A stretch of 64,000 nucleotides of DNA from a virus. The notes beneath the pieces are model-generated. The model worked only from the letters and a program-made list of their open reading frames with translations, was not told where the DNA came from and made no database searches. Positions within the stretch are counted from its first letter, which is position 1, and the number at the start of each line of letters is the position of its first letter. Shown here piece after piece: positions 8,965 to 16,235 of the stretch. Position numbers and translations under genes: made by a program. The stretch lies in the IMG/VR virus record IMGVR_UViG_3300021964_007369, positions 1 to 64,000 of that record; one strand, 5' to 3'.

Positions 8965-9310
8965 AATATTAATTGATACAAAAGAATTTACAGTTTACAA
9001 AGATGGCTATCCAGTTACAGAAGGACATGTACTATTTGTACCTAAAGAAGAAAACTGGCAGTCTATGACAAAGTGTTTCGAAGCCGCATATAAATGGGGC
9101 TACGATTGGGTTGAACGTGGATATTGTGATGCGTTTAACATTGGACAGAATGTAGGAGAAGCGGCAGGACAAACTGTTATGTATCCACATGTTCATCTCA
9201 TACCTCGGCGCAAGGGTGATATGGAAGAGCCACAAGGAGGAGTGCGTCACGTAATACCTAGCAAGGGAAACTACAAGAAAGGAACTTATGTTGAAACAGC
9301 AAATGATTGA
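8948..9310 (+). CDS. HIT family nucleotide hydrolase
   Basis: PVTEGHVLFVP, AGQTV, HVHLIPR histidine triad. Confidence 0.9.
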   Translation: MKPWTEILIDTKEFTVYKDGYPVTEGHVLFVPKEENWQSMTKCFEAAYKWGYDWVERGYCDAFNIGQNVGEAAGQTVMYPHVHLIPRRKGDMEEPQGGVRHVIPSKGNYKKGTYVETAND

Positions 9311-9494
9311 AGCGGCAAGAAAACATGCCGAAGCAGAAGTACTATTGCACAAAACTAATATTAATGTGTATATGGAAAAGGTTGTTGGCATTGGCGAACA
9401 TTCAGATATTATTGAAACTATTCAAAAAGAACTGGATGCTATGGCTACTGCGGACGATCGTCTTGAAATGTTGAACAAATATTTTAATGACTAG
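9288..9494 (+). CDS. Small hypothetical phage protein
   Basis: Coupled ORF containing VGIGEHSDI. Confidence 0.7.
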   Translation: MLKQQMIEAARKHAEAEVLLHKTNINVYMEKVVGIGEHSDIIETIQKELDAMATADDRLEMLNKYFND

Positions 9495-10317
9495 ATCACT
9501 ATTCTTAGGAGATAGCCACAGTCACGGTTACGCCGAAGTTAACGGCGAAGTACAATTTTGGAAGGATAATAATTATGCAGAATTATATTCCGACCATAAT
9601 AATAAACCTGTGGCTATCTACAGCATTCCTGGAGGATGTAATAAAAAATATCCAACTTGGCTTAAAGCTATGTTGGATTATTATGACGACATTGACGAAG
9701 TTTTTATACAAGCAACGTATTGGAATAGATACTTAATTGCTTGTAGTCGTAATCTTGATGTCGGTGACGGTATAAAAGCAAATCATTTTAGTCGAGGACC
9801 TAAACAACCAGTGGCTACAGATGATCCTGAACACATTGATAGATGGACTGATGAATTAGTTACTGAAGAACATGCAGAATTAATCGAACAATGTCGTCCG
9901 GAAAACTTTGAACAATTTAAAGGATTTGAATATTCTGAAAGAAAAGGAATGACACACGATTGGGGTCCTTTTAAAGAAAAATATCAATATACTAAACTAT
10001 GGCATGAATCAGTTACACATCTACAGTATCGAGAATGGTGTGCAGATTACTTGCTTATGGACTTTATCTGCACAAAACGTAACATACCTATGTATGTTTG
10101 GTCTATAAACAATAGAGTGTTTATTCCAGAACACAAAAATCTTTATGGTGATTTTACAAATACTACATTTTCAAAATCGAGTGCAGAGGCTTATTTGTTA
10201 GATAAGCATAAAATTAACATAGAAACGGACAAATATAGGTCTGATGGTGAGCATTATACTACTGAAATACATAAATTAATTGCTACTGATTATCTAAATT
10301 ATGTAAAAAATGCTTGA
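9487..10317 (+). CDS. SGNH/GDSL-like protein
   Basis: N-terminal FLGDSH and C-terminal DGEHY (DxxH). Confidence 0.55.
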   Translation: MTRSLFLGDSHSHGYAEVNGEVQFWKDNNYAELYSDHNNKPVAIYSIPGGCNKKYPTWLKAMLDYYDDIDEVFIQATYWNRYLIACSRNLDVGDGIKANHFSRGPKQPVATDDPEHIDRWTDELVTEEHAELIEQCRPENFEQFKGFEYSERKGMTHDWGPFKEKYQYTKLWHESVTHLQYREWCADYLLMDFICTKRNIPMYVWSINNRVFIPEHKNLYGDFTNTTFSKSSAEAYLLDKHKINIETDKYRSDGEHYTTEIHKLIATDYLNYVKNA

Positions 10318-10342
10318 CATAGACCTAAATAAAGTGTATAAT
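10314..10342 (+). promoter_or_regulatory. sigma70-type promoter of folE-queE
   Basis: TTGACA-17 nt-TATAAT, with TAAATA inside the spacer. Confidence 0.8.
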
Positions 10343-10354
10343 ATAAACAATTAC

Positions 10355-10384
10355 AGGCAATCCACTGCCTTAACATCGGAGAAG
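10355..10384 (+). promoter_or_regulatory. Candidate structured 5' leader of folE
   Basis: AGGCA-ATCCAC-TGCCT hairpin followed by TAACATC and the GGAG SD. The loop TCC is complementary to GGA of the SD. Confidence 0.35.
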
Positions 10385-10387
10385 TAA

Positions 10388-11077
10388 ATGAATAAAAGCG
10401 AACAAATTAGAGCAAAGTTAGAAGCGGCAGGTGACCGCTACTGGGCTGGCGATAATATTAGTCACGTATTAGAAGAAGGTGACAAACAACAGTTGATTGA
10501 CGAGGCAACTGTAGCATTTGAACAAGTGCTAGATAAACTTGTTATTGATAGAAAGACTGATCCTAACAGTAAGGATACTGGTAGACGTCTTGCTAAAATG
10601 TATTTTAACGAATTGATGGTTGGACGTTACGACCCAATGCCTAATGCAACTGCATTTCCTAATCACATAGAAGATGGGTATAAAGGTATGTTGGTTGTAC
10701 GTAGTGAACTTAAAAGTGTTTGTTCACATCACCATCAACCGGTAACGGGTGTTGCGTATATTGGAATCATCGCCGCGGACACATTAATTGGTCTGTCGAA
10801 ATACACACGTATAGCACAGTGGTGTGCGAGACGTGGCACCCTACAAGAAGAATTAAACAATGACATTGCTAGAGAAATTATGAAGGCAACTGGCAGTGAG
10901 AATGTTGGTGTTTACATTCAAGCAACACACGGTTGTTGCGAAAACAGAGGTATTGGTGCTCATAGTAGTTTAACACAGACAACAGTACTACACGGAGCGT
11001 TTGCCGATGACGCAGGTACAAAGAAAGAGTTTATGGATAATATTAAACTACAACAACAATTTGCGGCAGGTGTGTAA
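10388..11077 (+). CDS. folE: GTP cyclohydrolase I
   Basis: SVCSHHHQP, IGLSKYTRI, LQEEL, ATHGCCENRG. Confidence 0.93.
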   Translation: MNKSEQIRAKLEAAGDRYWAGDNISHVLEEGDKQQLIDEATVAFEQVLDKLVIDRKTDPNSKDTGRRLAKMYFNELMVGRYDPMPNATAFPNHIEDGYKGMLVVRSELKSVCSHHHQPVTGVAYIGIIAADTLIGLSKYTRIAQWCARRGTLQEELNNDIAREIMKATGSENVGVYIQATHGCCENRGIGAHSSLTQTTVLHGAFADDAGTKKEFMDNIKLQQQFAAGV

Positions 11078-11078
11078 C

Positions 11079-11975
11079 ATGCAGAAACTTAGATACTCAG
11101 AAGCATTTTATAGTGTACAAGGCGAAGGCAAGTTTGTAGGAGTTCCTAGTGTGTTCCTACGTACATTCGGTTGCAACTTTCGTTGTATGAACTTTGGTTT
11201 ACAAAATGAACCTATGCGTGACGAAAAACAAAAAGCAGGTATTATTCGTAATGCTGAAGTACAAGGATTGCTTGATGCTGGTGTACACGAAACTACAAAA
11301 GAGTTTAACGACTTACCTATTATACATACAGGTTGCGATACTTATGCAAGTATCTATCCTGAATTTAAAAAGTTTAATAAGCAAGCAACTGTTGACGAAG
11401 TAGTTGAGCATTTACTATCTCTTACACCTAATGGTAAATGGGTACAAGATAATGGTCAAGACGTTCATTTGATTATGACAGGTGGCGAACCGTTGTTGGC
11501 GTGGCAACGACTGTACGTAGAATTATTCGAACATCCACGTATGAAAGACTTGAGGAATATTACTTTTGAAACAAATACTACACAACATTTACACGAAGAT
11601 CTCTTTAACTATCTCAACGATCAGGACAGAATCCAAGTCACTTGGAGTTGTTCCCCAAAACTTAGCGTTAGCGGAGAACCTTGGGATACTGCTATTAAGC
11701 CTGATGTGGCTAGTGAGTATCAGTCTGTTACTGATAGCGACATGTATCTTAAGTTTGTTGTCGCTACTCAAAGCGACTTTGATGAAGTTAAAAAGGCTGT
11801 GGACACTTACAGAAGTGCCGGGGTGGAATGTCCAGTATATCTTATGCCGTTGGGCGGACGCAGTGAAGAATATGTTCTCAACGTTAAAGACGTTGCCGAA
11901 GCGTGTATGGCAGAAGGATGGCGATTTACCCCTAGACTCCACATTAGCTTATTCGGAAATGCCTGGGGAACTTGA
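11079..11975 (+). CDS. queE: 7-carboxy-7-deazaguanine synthase (radical SAM)
   Basis: EAFYSVQGEG, VFLRTFGCNFRC...GCDT, TGGEP, FETN, SPKL, YLMP, RLH. ATG 11079. Confidence 0.88.
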   Translation: MQKLRYSEAFYSVQGEGKFVGVPSVFLRTFGCNFRCMNFGLQNEPMRDEKQKAGIIRNAEVQGLLDAGVHETTKEFNDLPIIHTGCDTYASIYPEFKKFNKQATVDEVVEHLLSLTPNGKWVQDNGQDVHLIMTGGEPLLAWQRLYVELFEHPRMKDLRNITFETNTTQHLHEDLFNYLNDQDRIQVTWSCSPKLSVSGEPWDTAIKPDVASEYQSVTDSDMYLKFVVATQSDFDEVKKAVDTYRSAGVECPVYLMPLGGRSEEYVLNVKDVAEACMAEGWRFTPRLHISLFGNAWGT

Positions 11976-12075
11976 TAACTTACGAGAGTATAAAAATGCA
12001 CAACACGAAAAGGCAATGAAGGCTAAAATTAACAAACCACTCGACGAACAGTTGAGAGAGAAAGGACTATTATGA
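11959..12075 (+). CDS. Small ORF filling the gap after queE (may extend upstream to 11566 in the +1 frame)
   Basis: ATG 11959; stop overlaps the next ATG (ATGA). Confidence 0.35.
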   Translation: MPGELDNLREYKNAQHEKAMKAKINKPLDEQLREKGLL

Positions 12076-12458
12076 GCAACTGGGATAAAATTAAAAAGGC
12101 TATAGGAATAAAACCTAAAATTACTAAAGGTGAAACTTCACAAGATCAACGCAGAGCAATTCTTGCAAAAGAAAAAGAAGAAGCAACTAAAAAAGGTGAA
12201 GCATGGGTTGGTGTGTTAGATACACAGGTAAATCCCAATAACATTAAGAACGGTTTCTTTGAGCTCGATTGGAATAATGAGTTTATTGAACAACTTCTTG
12301 ATGCTGGTTATTCTGGTGAATCTAATGAACAGATTGTTGATGCTTGGTTTAGAACAATAGCAATGCAAGTTTTAGATGATCAAGGTGCTGATAAAAATAG
12401 AGATATGGGTTATATAAACGTTAAACCGCTTGATAAAGATAAAAGCGAAGTATCTTAA
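12072..12458 (+). CDS. Hypothetical protein
   Basis: AGGA RBS; GFFELDWN..FI..L..GY motif. Confidence 0.7.
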   Translation: MSNWDKIKKAIGIKPKITKGETSQDQRRAILAKEKEEATKKGEAWVGVLDTQVNPNNIKNGFFELDWNNEFIEQLLDAGYSGESNEQIVDAWFRTIAMQVLDDQGADKNRDMGYINVKPLDKDKSEVS

Positions 12459-12461
12459 TGG

Positions 12462-12490
12462 TTGACAACAGCCAGATCTGGTGCTATAAT
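12462..12490 (+). promoter_or_regulatory. sigma70-type promoter with extended -10
   Basis: TTGACA-17 nt-TATAAT, preceded by TGc. Confidence 0.82.
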
Positions 12491-12519
12491 AACACTATAA
12501 ATTACACAAAGGTAAGCTA

Positions 12520-13527
12520 ATGGCAACTTATATACTAGTAGATACAGCAAATACTTTCTTTAGAGCTCGGCACGTAGTACGTGGTGACGTTGATACTAAA
12601 GTAGGAATGGCGTTACATATCACACTTAATAGTGTTAAAAAGGCATGGAATGACTTTGACGCTACACATGTTGTGTTCTGTTTAGAAGGACGTAGTTGGC
12701 GCAAAGACTTTTACGAACCTTACAAGCGTAATAGACAAGTTGCTCGCGATGCACTTACTCCTGCACAAGCAGAAGAAGACAAAGTGTTTTGGGAAATATT
12801 TGATGAATTTAAGGACTTCATTGGTACAAAGACTAATTGTACAATGATGCAACATCCGCAACTAGAAGCAGATGATCTTATTGCAGGTTGGGTACAGGCA
12901 CATCCTAATGATAATCATGTTATTATTAGTACTGATGGCGACTTTGCACAACTTATTGCTCCTAATGTAAAACAATATAATGGTGTTAGCAATACAATTA
13001 TTACACATGAAGGTTACTTTGATGATAAGAAACGTCAGCCTATTATTGATAAGAAAACTAAAGAGGCTAAGCCTGCTCCGAATCCGCAATGGCAACTATT
13101 TGAAAAGTGTATGCGTGGCGACACAAGTGACAATGTGTTTAGTGCTTATCCAGGTGTACGTACAAAAGGTACTAAGAACAAGGTAGGCTTAACAGAAGCA
13201 TTTGCAGACAAAGACAGTAAAGGCTATAACTGGAATAACATGATGCTACAACGTTGGGTAGATCATGACGGTGTTGAACACCGTGTATTAGATGACTATC
13301 AACGTAATGTTGTGCTATGTGACTTATCTGCACAACCTGAAGACATTCGAGGCATTATTAATAATGTTATAGAAGATCACATGACTCCGAAAGACGTACA
13401 ACAGGTCGGTATGCGTCTTATGAAGTTCTGTGCTAAATGGGATATGCAACGTGTAGCAGATCAAGCGGCACAATTTGCAGAGCCCTTAAACGCAAAATAC
13501 CCCGACCAGGAAGAGGCAACAATATGA
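12520..13527 (+). CDS. rnh: T4 RNase H-like 5'-3' exonuclease (flap endonuclease)
   Basis: ILVD, SWRK..Y..YKRNR, EADDLIA, STDGDFAQL, GDTSDNV. Confidence 0.88.
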   Translation: MATYILVDTANTFFRARHVVRGDVDTKVGMALHITLNSVKKAWNDFDATHVVFCLEGRSWRKDFYEPYKRNRQVARDALTPAQAEEDKVFWEIFDEFKDFIGTKTNCTMMQHPQLEADDLIAGWVQAHPNDNHVIISTDGDFAQLIAPNVKQYNGVSNTIITHEGYFDDKKRQPIIDKKTKEAKPAPNPQWQLFEKCMRGDTSDNVFSAYPGVRTKGTKNKVGLTEAFADKDSKGYNWNNMMLQRWVDHDGVEHRVLDDYQRNVVLCDLSAQPEDIRGIINNVIEDHMTPKDVQQVGMRLMKFCAKWDMQRVADQAAQFAEPLNAKYPDQEEATI

Positions 13528-14003
13528 TAAAGGCAAAATCAGTACTAAAAAATAAGTTTTGGATCATGGAGGACGATGGCGTAAAAATTGGTACGTTACA
13601 TCGCAATGACGAAGATAAAAAGTACATGTATACCTGTAGTACAGGAACAACATTTTATGAAAACGAAAAAGATTTGAATACTGCACTAGGTAAAATTACT
13701 TGGAGTGCTGGTACTATTAGTGATAGTGATTCTCATATAAGTAAAGAACTATATGGATTTCCTACAAGCACTATTCCGTATAATACAATGTACGATGTAC
13801 AACGTAGGTTACCATTGTTTACAAAAAGTTCTAAAAGTAAAAGCGTATATGCGGCAGGATATTACATTATTAAATTTGACAAAGGTTGGGTAAGAAGTTT
13901 TTGTCCTAAGAGTGTTACTATTGAAAAATATCCTTTTAAAGGTCCATTTAAAAACGATCTACAAATGAGAACGGAGTTAAGTAATGCCAATAGAACCAAT
14001 TAA
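13524..14003 (+). CDS. Hypothetical protein
   Basis: ATG 13524 after GAGG, overlapping the rnh stop. Confidence 0.7.
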   Translation: MIKAKSVLKNKFWIMEDDGVKIGTLHRNDEDKKYMYTCSTGTTFYENEKDLNTALGKITWSAGTISDSDSHISKELYGFPTSTIPYNTMYDVQRRLPLFTKSSKSKSVYAAGYYIIKFDKGWVRSFCPKSVTIEKYPFKGPFKNDLQMRTELSNANRTN

Positions 14004-14226
14004 TACTACACCTATACAACAGTTTATTAATCAAGTTAAAGGTGCTGATGCATCACAGCAAAAAGAAATTAAATTAGATATTGTTACTGCACGTAAACTA
14101 GCACTAACACTAGGTGAAGTAATGTCAAGAACAACAGGCGAACTAGAAAAATTTGTAAAAGAAAACGCACCTAAAGGCGAAGAGACTGTTACAATAAAGA
14201 TGGACGCTGGCGGAAGTTGGAAATAA
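13984..14226 (+). CDS. Hypothetical protein
   Basis: GGAG RBS; coupled ORF. Confidence 0.7.
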   Translation: MPIEPINTTPIQQFINQVKGADASQQKEIKLDIVTARKLALTLGEVMSRTTGELEKFVKENAPKGEETVTIKMDAGGSWK

Positions 14227-14251
14227 CTGGTCACATAACCTAAAAAAGAGA

Positions 14252-14290
14252 TAAATATATGCGTAGTTTATATTAAAGGACACGCATATG
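14252..14290 (+). promoter_or_regulatory. Late-type promoter (TAAATA) overlapping an RBS/ATG-sequestering hairpin
   Basis: TAAATA at 14252-14257. ATATGCGT (14257-64) pairs with ACGCATAT (14282-89), which includes the start codon. Confidence 0.6.
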
Positions 14291-14575
14291 AGTAGACCAA
14301 AACCTACAGTGATATTAGAACACATTGATAAAAAGACCTACAAGTCTGAACAGGTACTAGAAGCAGAAGCCATCTGGGCAGTTTTCTTTAAAGGAAAACC
14401 TTTCAATTTAAAGTCGTTAAACATGATCACTAATTATCCTGGCCCTAAGTACAAAAAAGTATCTTTTTCAAACCCGGGGCATGCACATAATCTAGCAACC
14501 AAAATGAATGAGTTATTCAATACTGAAGATTTTGCTGTATACAAACTGACCACTGGTGAACTTACAGTCGAATGA
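14288..14575 (+). CDS. Hypothetical protein
   Basis: AAGGA RBS; MSRPKP..., GPKYKKVSFSNPGHA. Confidence 0.75.
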   Translation: MSRPKPTVILEHIDKKTYKSEQVLEAEAIWAVFFKGKPFNLKSLNMITNYPGPKYKKVSFSNPGHAHNLATKMNELFNTEDFAVYKLTTGELTVE

Positions 14576-14955
14576 GCTGGAAAGAAACACTTACCAAGGT
14601 CTTCTTAAAAAATTCTAATATTGCAGTTACAGAAGCAACCTTAAAAGAATACCTTCCTCTATGGTGGCAAAACACTAGAGAAAAAAATGAAGGCGGTCTA
14701 AGATTAACTGATAACGGCTATATACATTTAACTGAAAATCTTGACTTACAAACCTACGAAGTCCCCTTTCCAAAAGACTTTAAGTTAACAACCCAAGTAA
14801 TAATATTCTTAGATAAATTTATTAATTGTCCGTATTATCTTTCATCTTATAGTATCATTGTAACTGATGAAAAAAAGGCTATGGAATTACACCTTTTTAG
14901 TGGTGATTTACGAAAATATGGATTAAATAAAGCACTCAAAAGACACGAGAATTAA
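14572..14955 (+). CDS. Hypothetical protein
   Basis: Coupled ORF (GGLRLT, CPYY). Confidence 0.72.
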   Translation: MSWKETLTKVFLKNSNIAVTEATLKEYLPLWWQNTREKNEGGLRLTDNGYIHLTENLDLQTYEVPFPKDFKLTTQVIIFLDKFINCPYYLSSYSIIVTDEKKAMELHLFSGDLRKYGLNKALKRHEN

Positions 14956-14974
14956 TATTTTGGTAGATTAGTGG

Positions 14975-15003
14975 TTGACTTCTGGACCTAATGATAGTAT
15001 TAT
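14975..15003 (+). promoter_or_regulatory. sigma70-type promoter
   Basis: TTGACT-17 nt-TATTAT. Confidence 0.62.
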
Positions 15004-15050
15004 GTATATATTAAATGAGTACAGACACTACAACTTCTAGAGAGGCTAAT

Positions 15051-16136
15051 ATGGAAAACATCGCAACACGTACTGTCACACCTAATGGGGCTAAAAAATC
15101 AATTACACGAGCTTTTAAAAAGCAACGTCCAATTTTTATATGGGGTCCCCCAGGTATTGGCAAATCAGACATTGTACATCAAATTGGAGCATCTATGGAT
15201 GCACATACAATTGATGTTCGACTATCACTTTGGGAACCTACAGACATTAAAGGTATTCCTTATTACAGTGCAAATGACAACTGTATGTCTTGGGCACCAC
15301 CACAAGAACTACCTACTGCCGAAATGGCAAAGAAACATAAATGGATTATTTTGTTTTTAGACGAAATGAATTCAGCGGCACCAGCAGTACAAGCGGCCGC
15401 ATACCAACTTATTCTTAACCGTAAGGTTGGTACTTATAAATTACCAGACAATGTTCTTATTGTAGCCGCAGGTAACCGTGATGCTGACAAAGGCGTTACG
15501 TATCGTATGCCAGCACCGTTGGCTAACCGTTTTGTTCACTTAGAAATGGCTGTGGACTTTGATGATTGGTTTCAATGGGCTGTAGCAAATAACATCCATA
15601 AAGATGTTGTAGGTTACCTTACTTTTAGTAAAAAAGATTTATATGATTTCGATCCTAAGTCACCAAGTCGTTCTTTTGCAACACCTCGTTCATGGTCGTT
15701 TGTATCAGAATTACTTGAGGATGACGATGACGAAAATACAACTACTGACCTAGTTAGTGGTTCAGTTGGTGAAGGCCTTGGAGTGAAGTTTATGGCACAC
15801 CGTAAAGTTGCTGGGCAGATGCCTAACCCTACCGACATTCTTGCAGGTAAGGTTAAGGAGCTCAACAATAAGGAAATCAGTGCGATGTATTCCTTAACAG
15901 TGTCTCTTTGCTACGAGCTTAAAGAAGCCTGCGACAAAAACGATAAAAAGTTTGACGACAAAGTTAATAACTTTTTACGTTTTGCTATGGATAACTTCGA
16001 CACTGAATTGGTTGTAATGGGTATTAAATTAGCCCTCACACAATATTCATTACCTATCGATCCAGACGAAGTTAAGTGTTTTGACGAATTTCATGAACGT
16101 TTTGGCAAGTATATTACTGCCGCACAAAAGGCTTAA
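15051..16136 (+). CDS. MoxR-like AAA+ ATPase
   Basis: Walker A GPPGIGKS, Walker B LFLDE, AAGN, PLANRF, TPRSW. ATG 15051 after GAGG. Confidence 0.88.
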   Translation: MENIATRTVTPNGAKKSITRAFKKQRPIFIWGPPGIGKSDIVHQIGASMDAHTIDVRLSLWEPTDIKGIPYYSANDNCMSWAPPQELPTAEMAKKHKWIILFLDEMNSAAPAVQAAAYQLILNRKVGTYKLPDNVLIVAAGNRDADKGVTYRMPAPLANRFVHLEMAVDFDDWFQWAVANNIHKDVVGYLTFSKKDLYDFDPKSPSRSFATPRSWSFVSELLEDDDDENTTTDLVSGSVGEGLGVKFMAHRKVAGQMPNPTDILAGKVKELNNKEISAMYSLTVSLCYELKEACDKNDKKFDDKVNNFLRFAMDNFDTELVVMGIKLALTQYSLPIDPDEVKCFDEFHERFGKYITAAQKA

Positions 16137-16141
16137 CCAAA

Positions 16142-16171
16142 AAAGAGTAGGAGTTAAGTCTCCTACTCTTT
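16142..16171. terminator. Intrinsic terminator-like hairpin (possibly bidirectional)
   Basis: AAAGAGTAGGAG-ttaagt-CTCCTACTCTTT perfect 12 bp stem right after the ATPase stop. Confidence 0.75.
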
Positions 16172-16182
16172 ACCAATCTTGG

Positions 16183-16211
16183 TTGACATTTAGCGTTAAT
16201 GATCGTATAAT
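16183..16211 (+). promoter_or_regulatory. sigma70-type promoter
   Basis: TTGACA-17 nt-TATAAT. Confidence 0.8.
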
Positions 16212-16235
16212 TAATAACATAGCAAGGAGAGAAAC

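Noticed and set aside
8129-9391. Antisense ORFs (e.g. 8220-8687, 9032-9391) and similar shadow ORFs throughout the track
   Set aside because: They lie opposite well-supported genes, lack RBSs and motifs, and are expected shadows of codon bias.
11001-11078. N-terminal extensions from the ORF track (also at 438, 3212, 7176, 8440, 13437, 28420, 34463, 35601, 37947)
   Set aside because: They overlap upstream genes. Downstream starts with an SD or stop-start coupling fit better.
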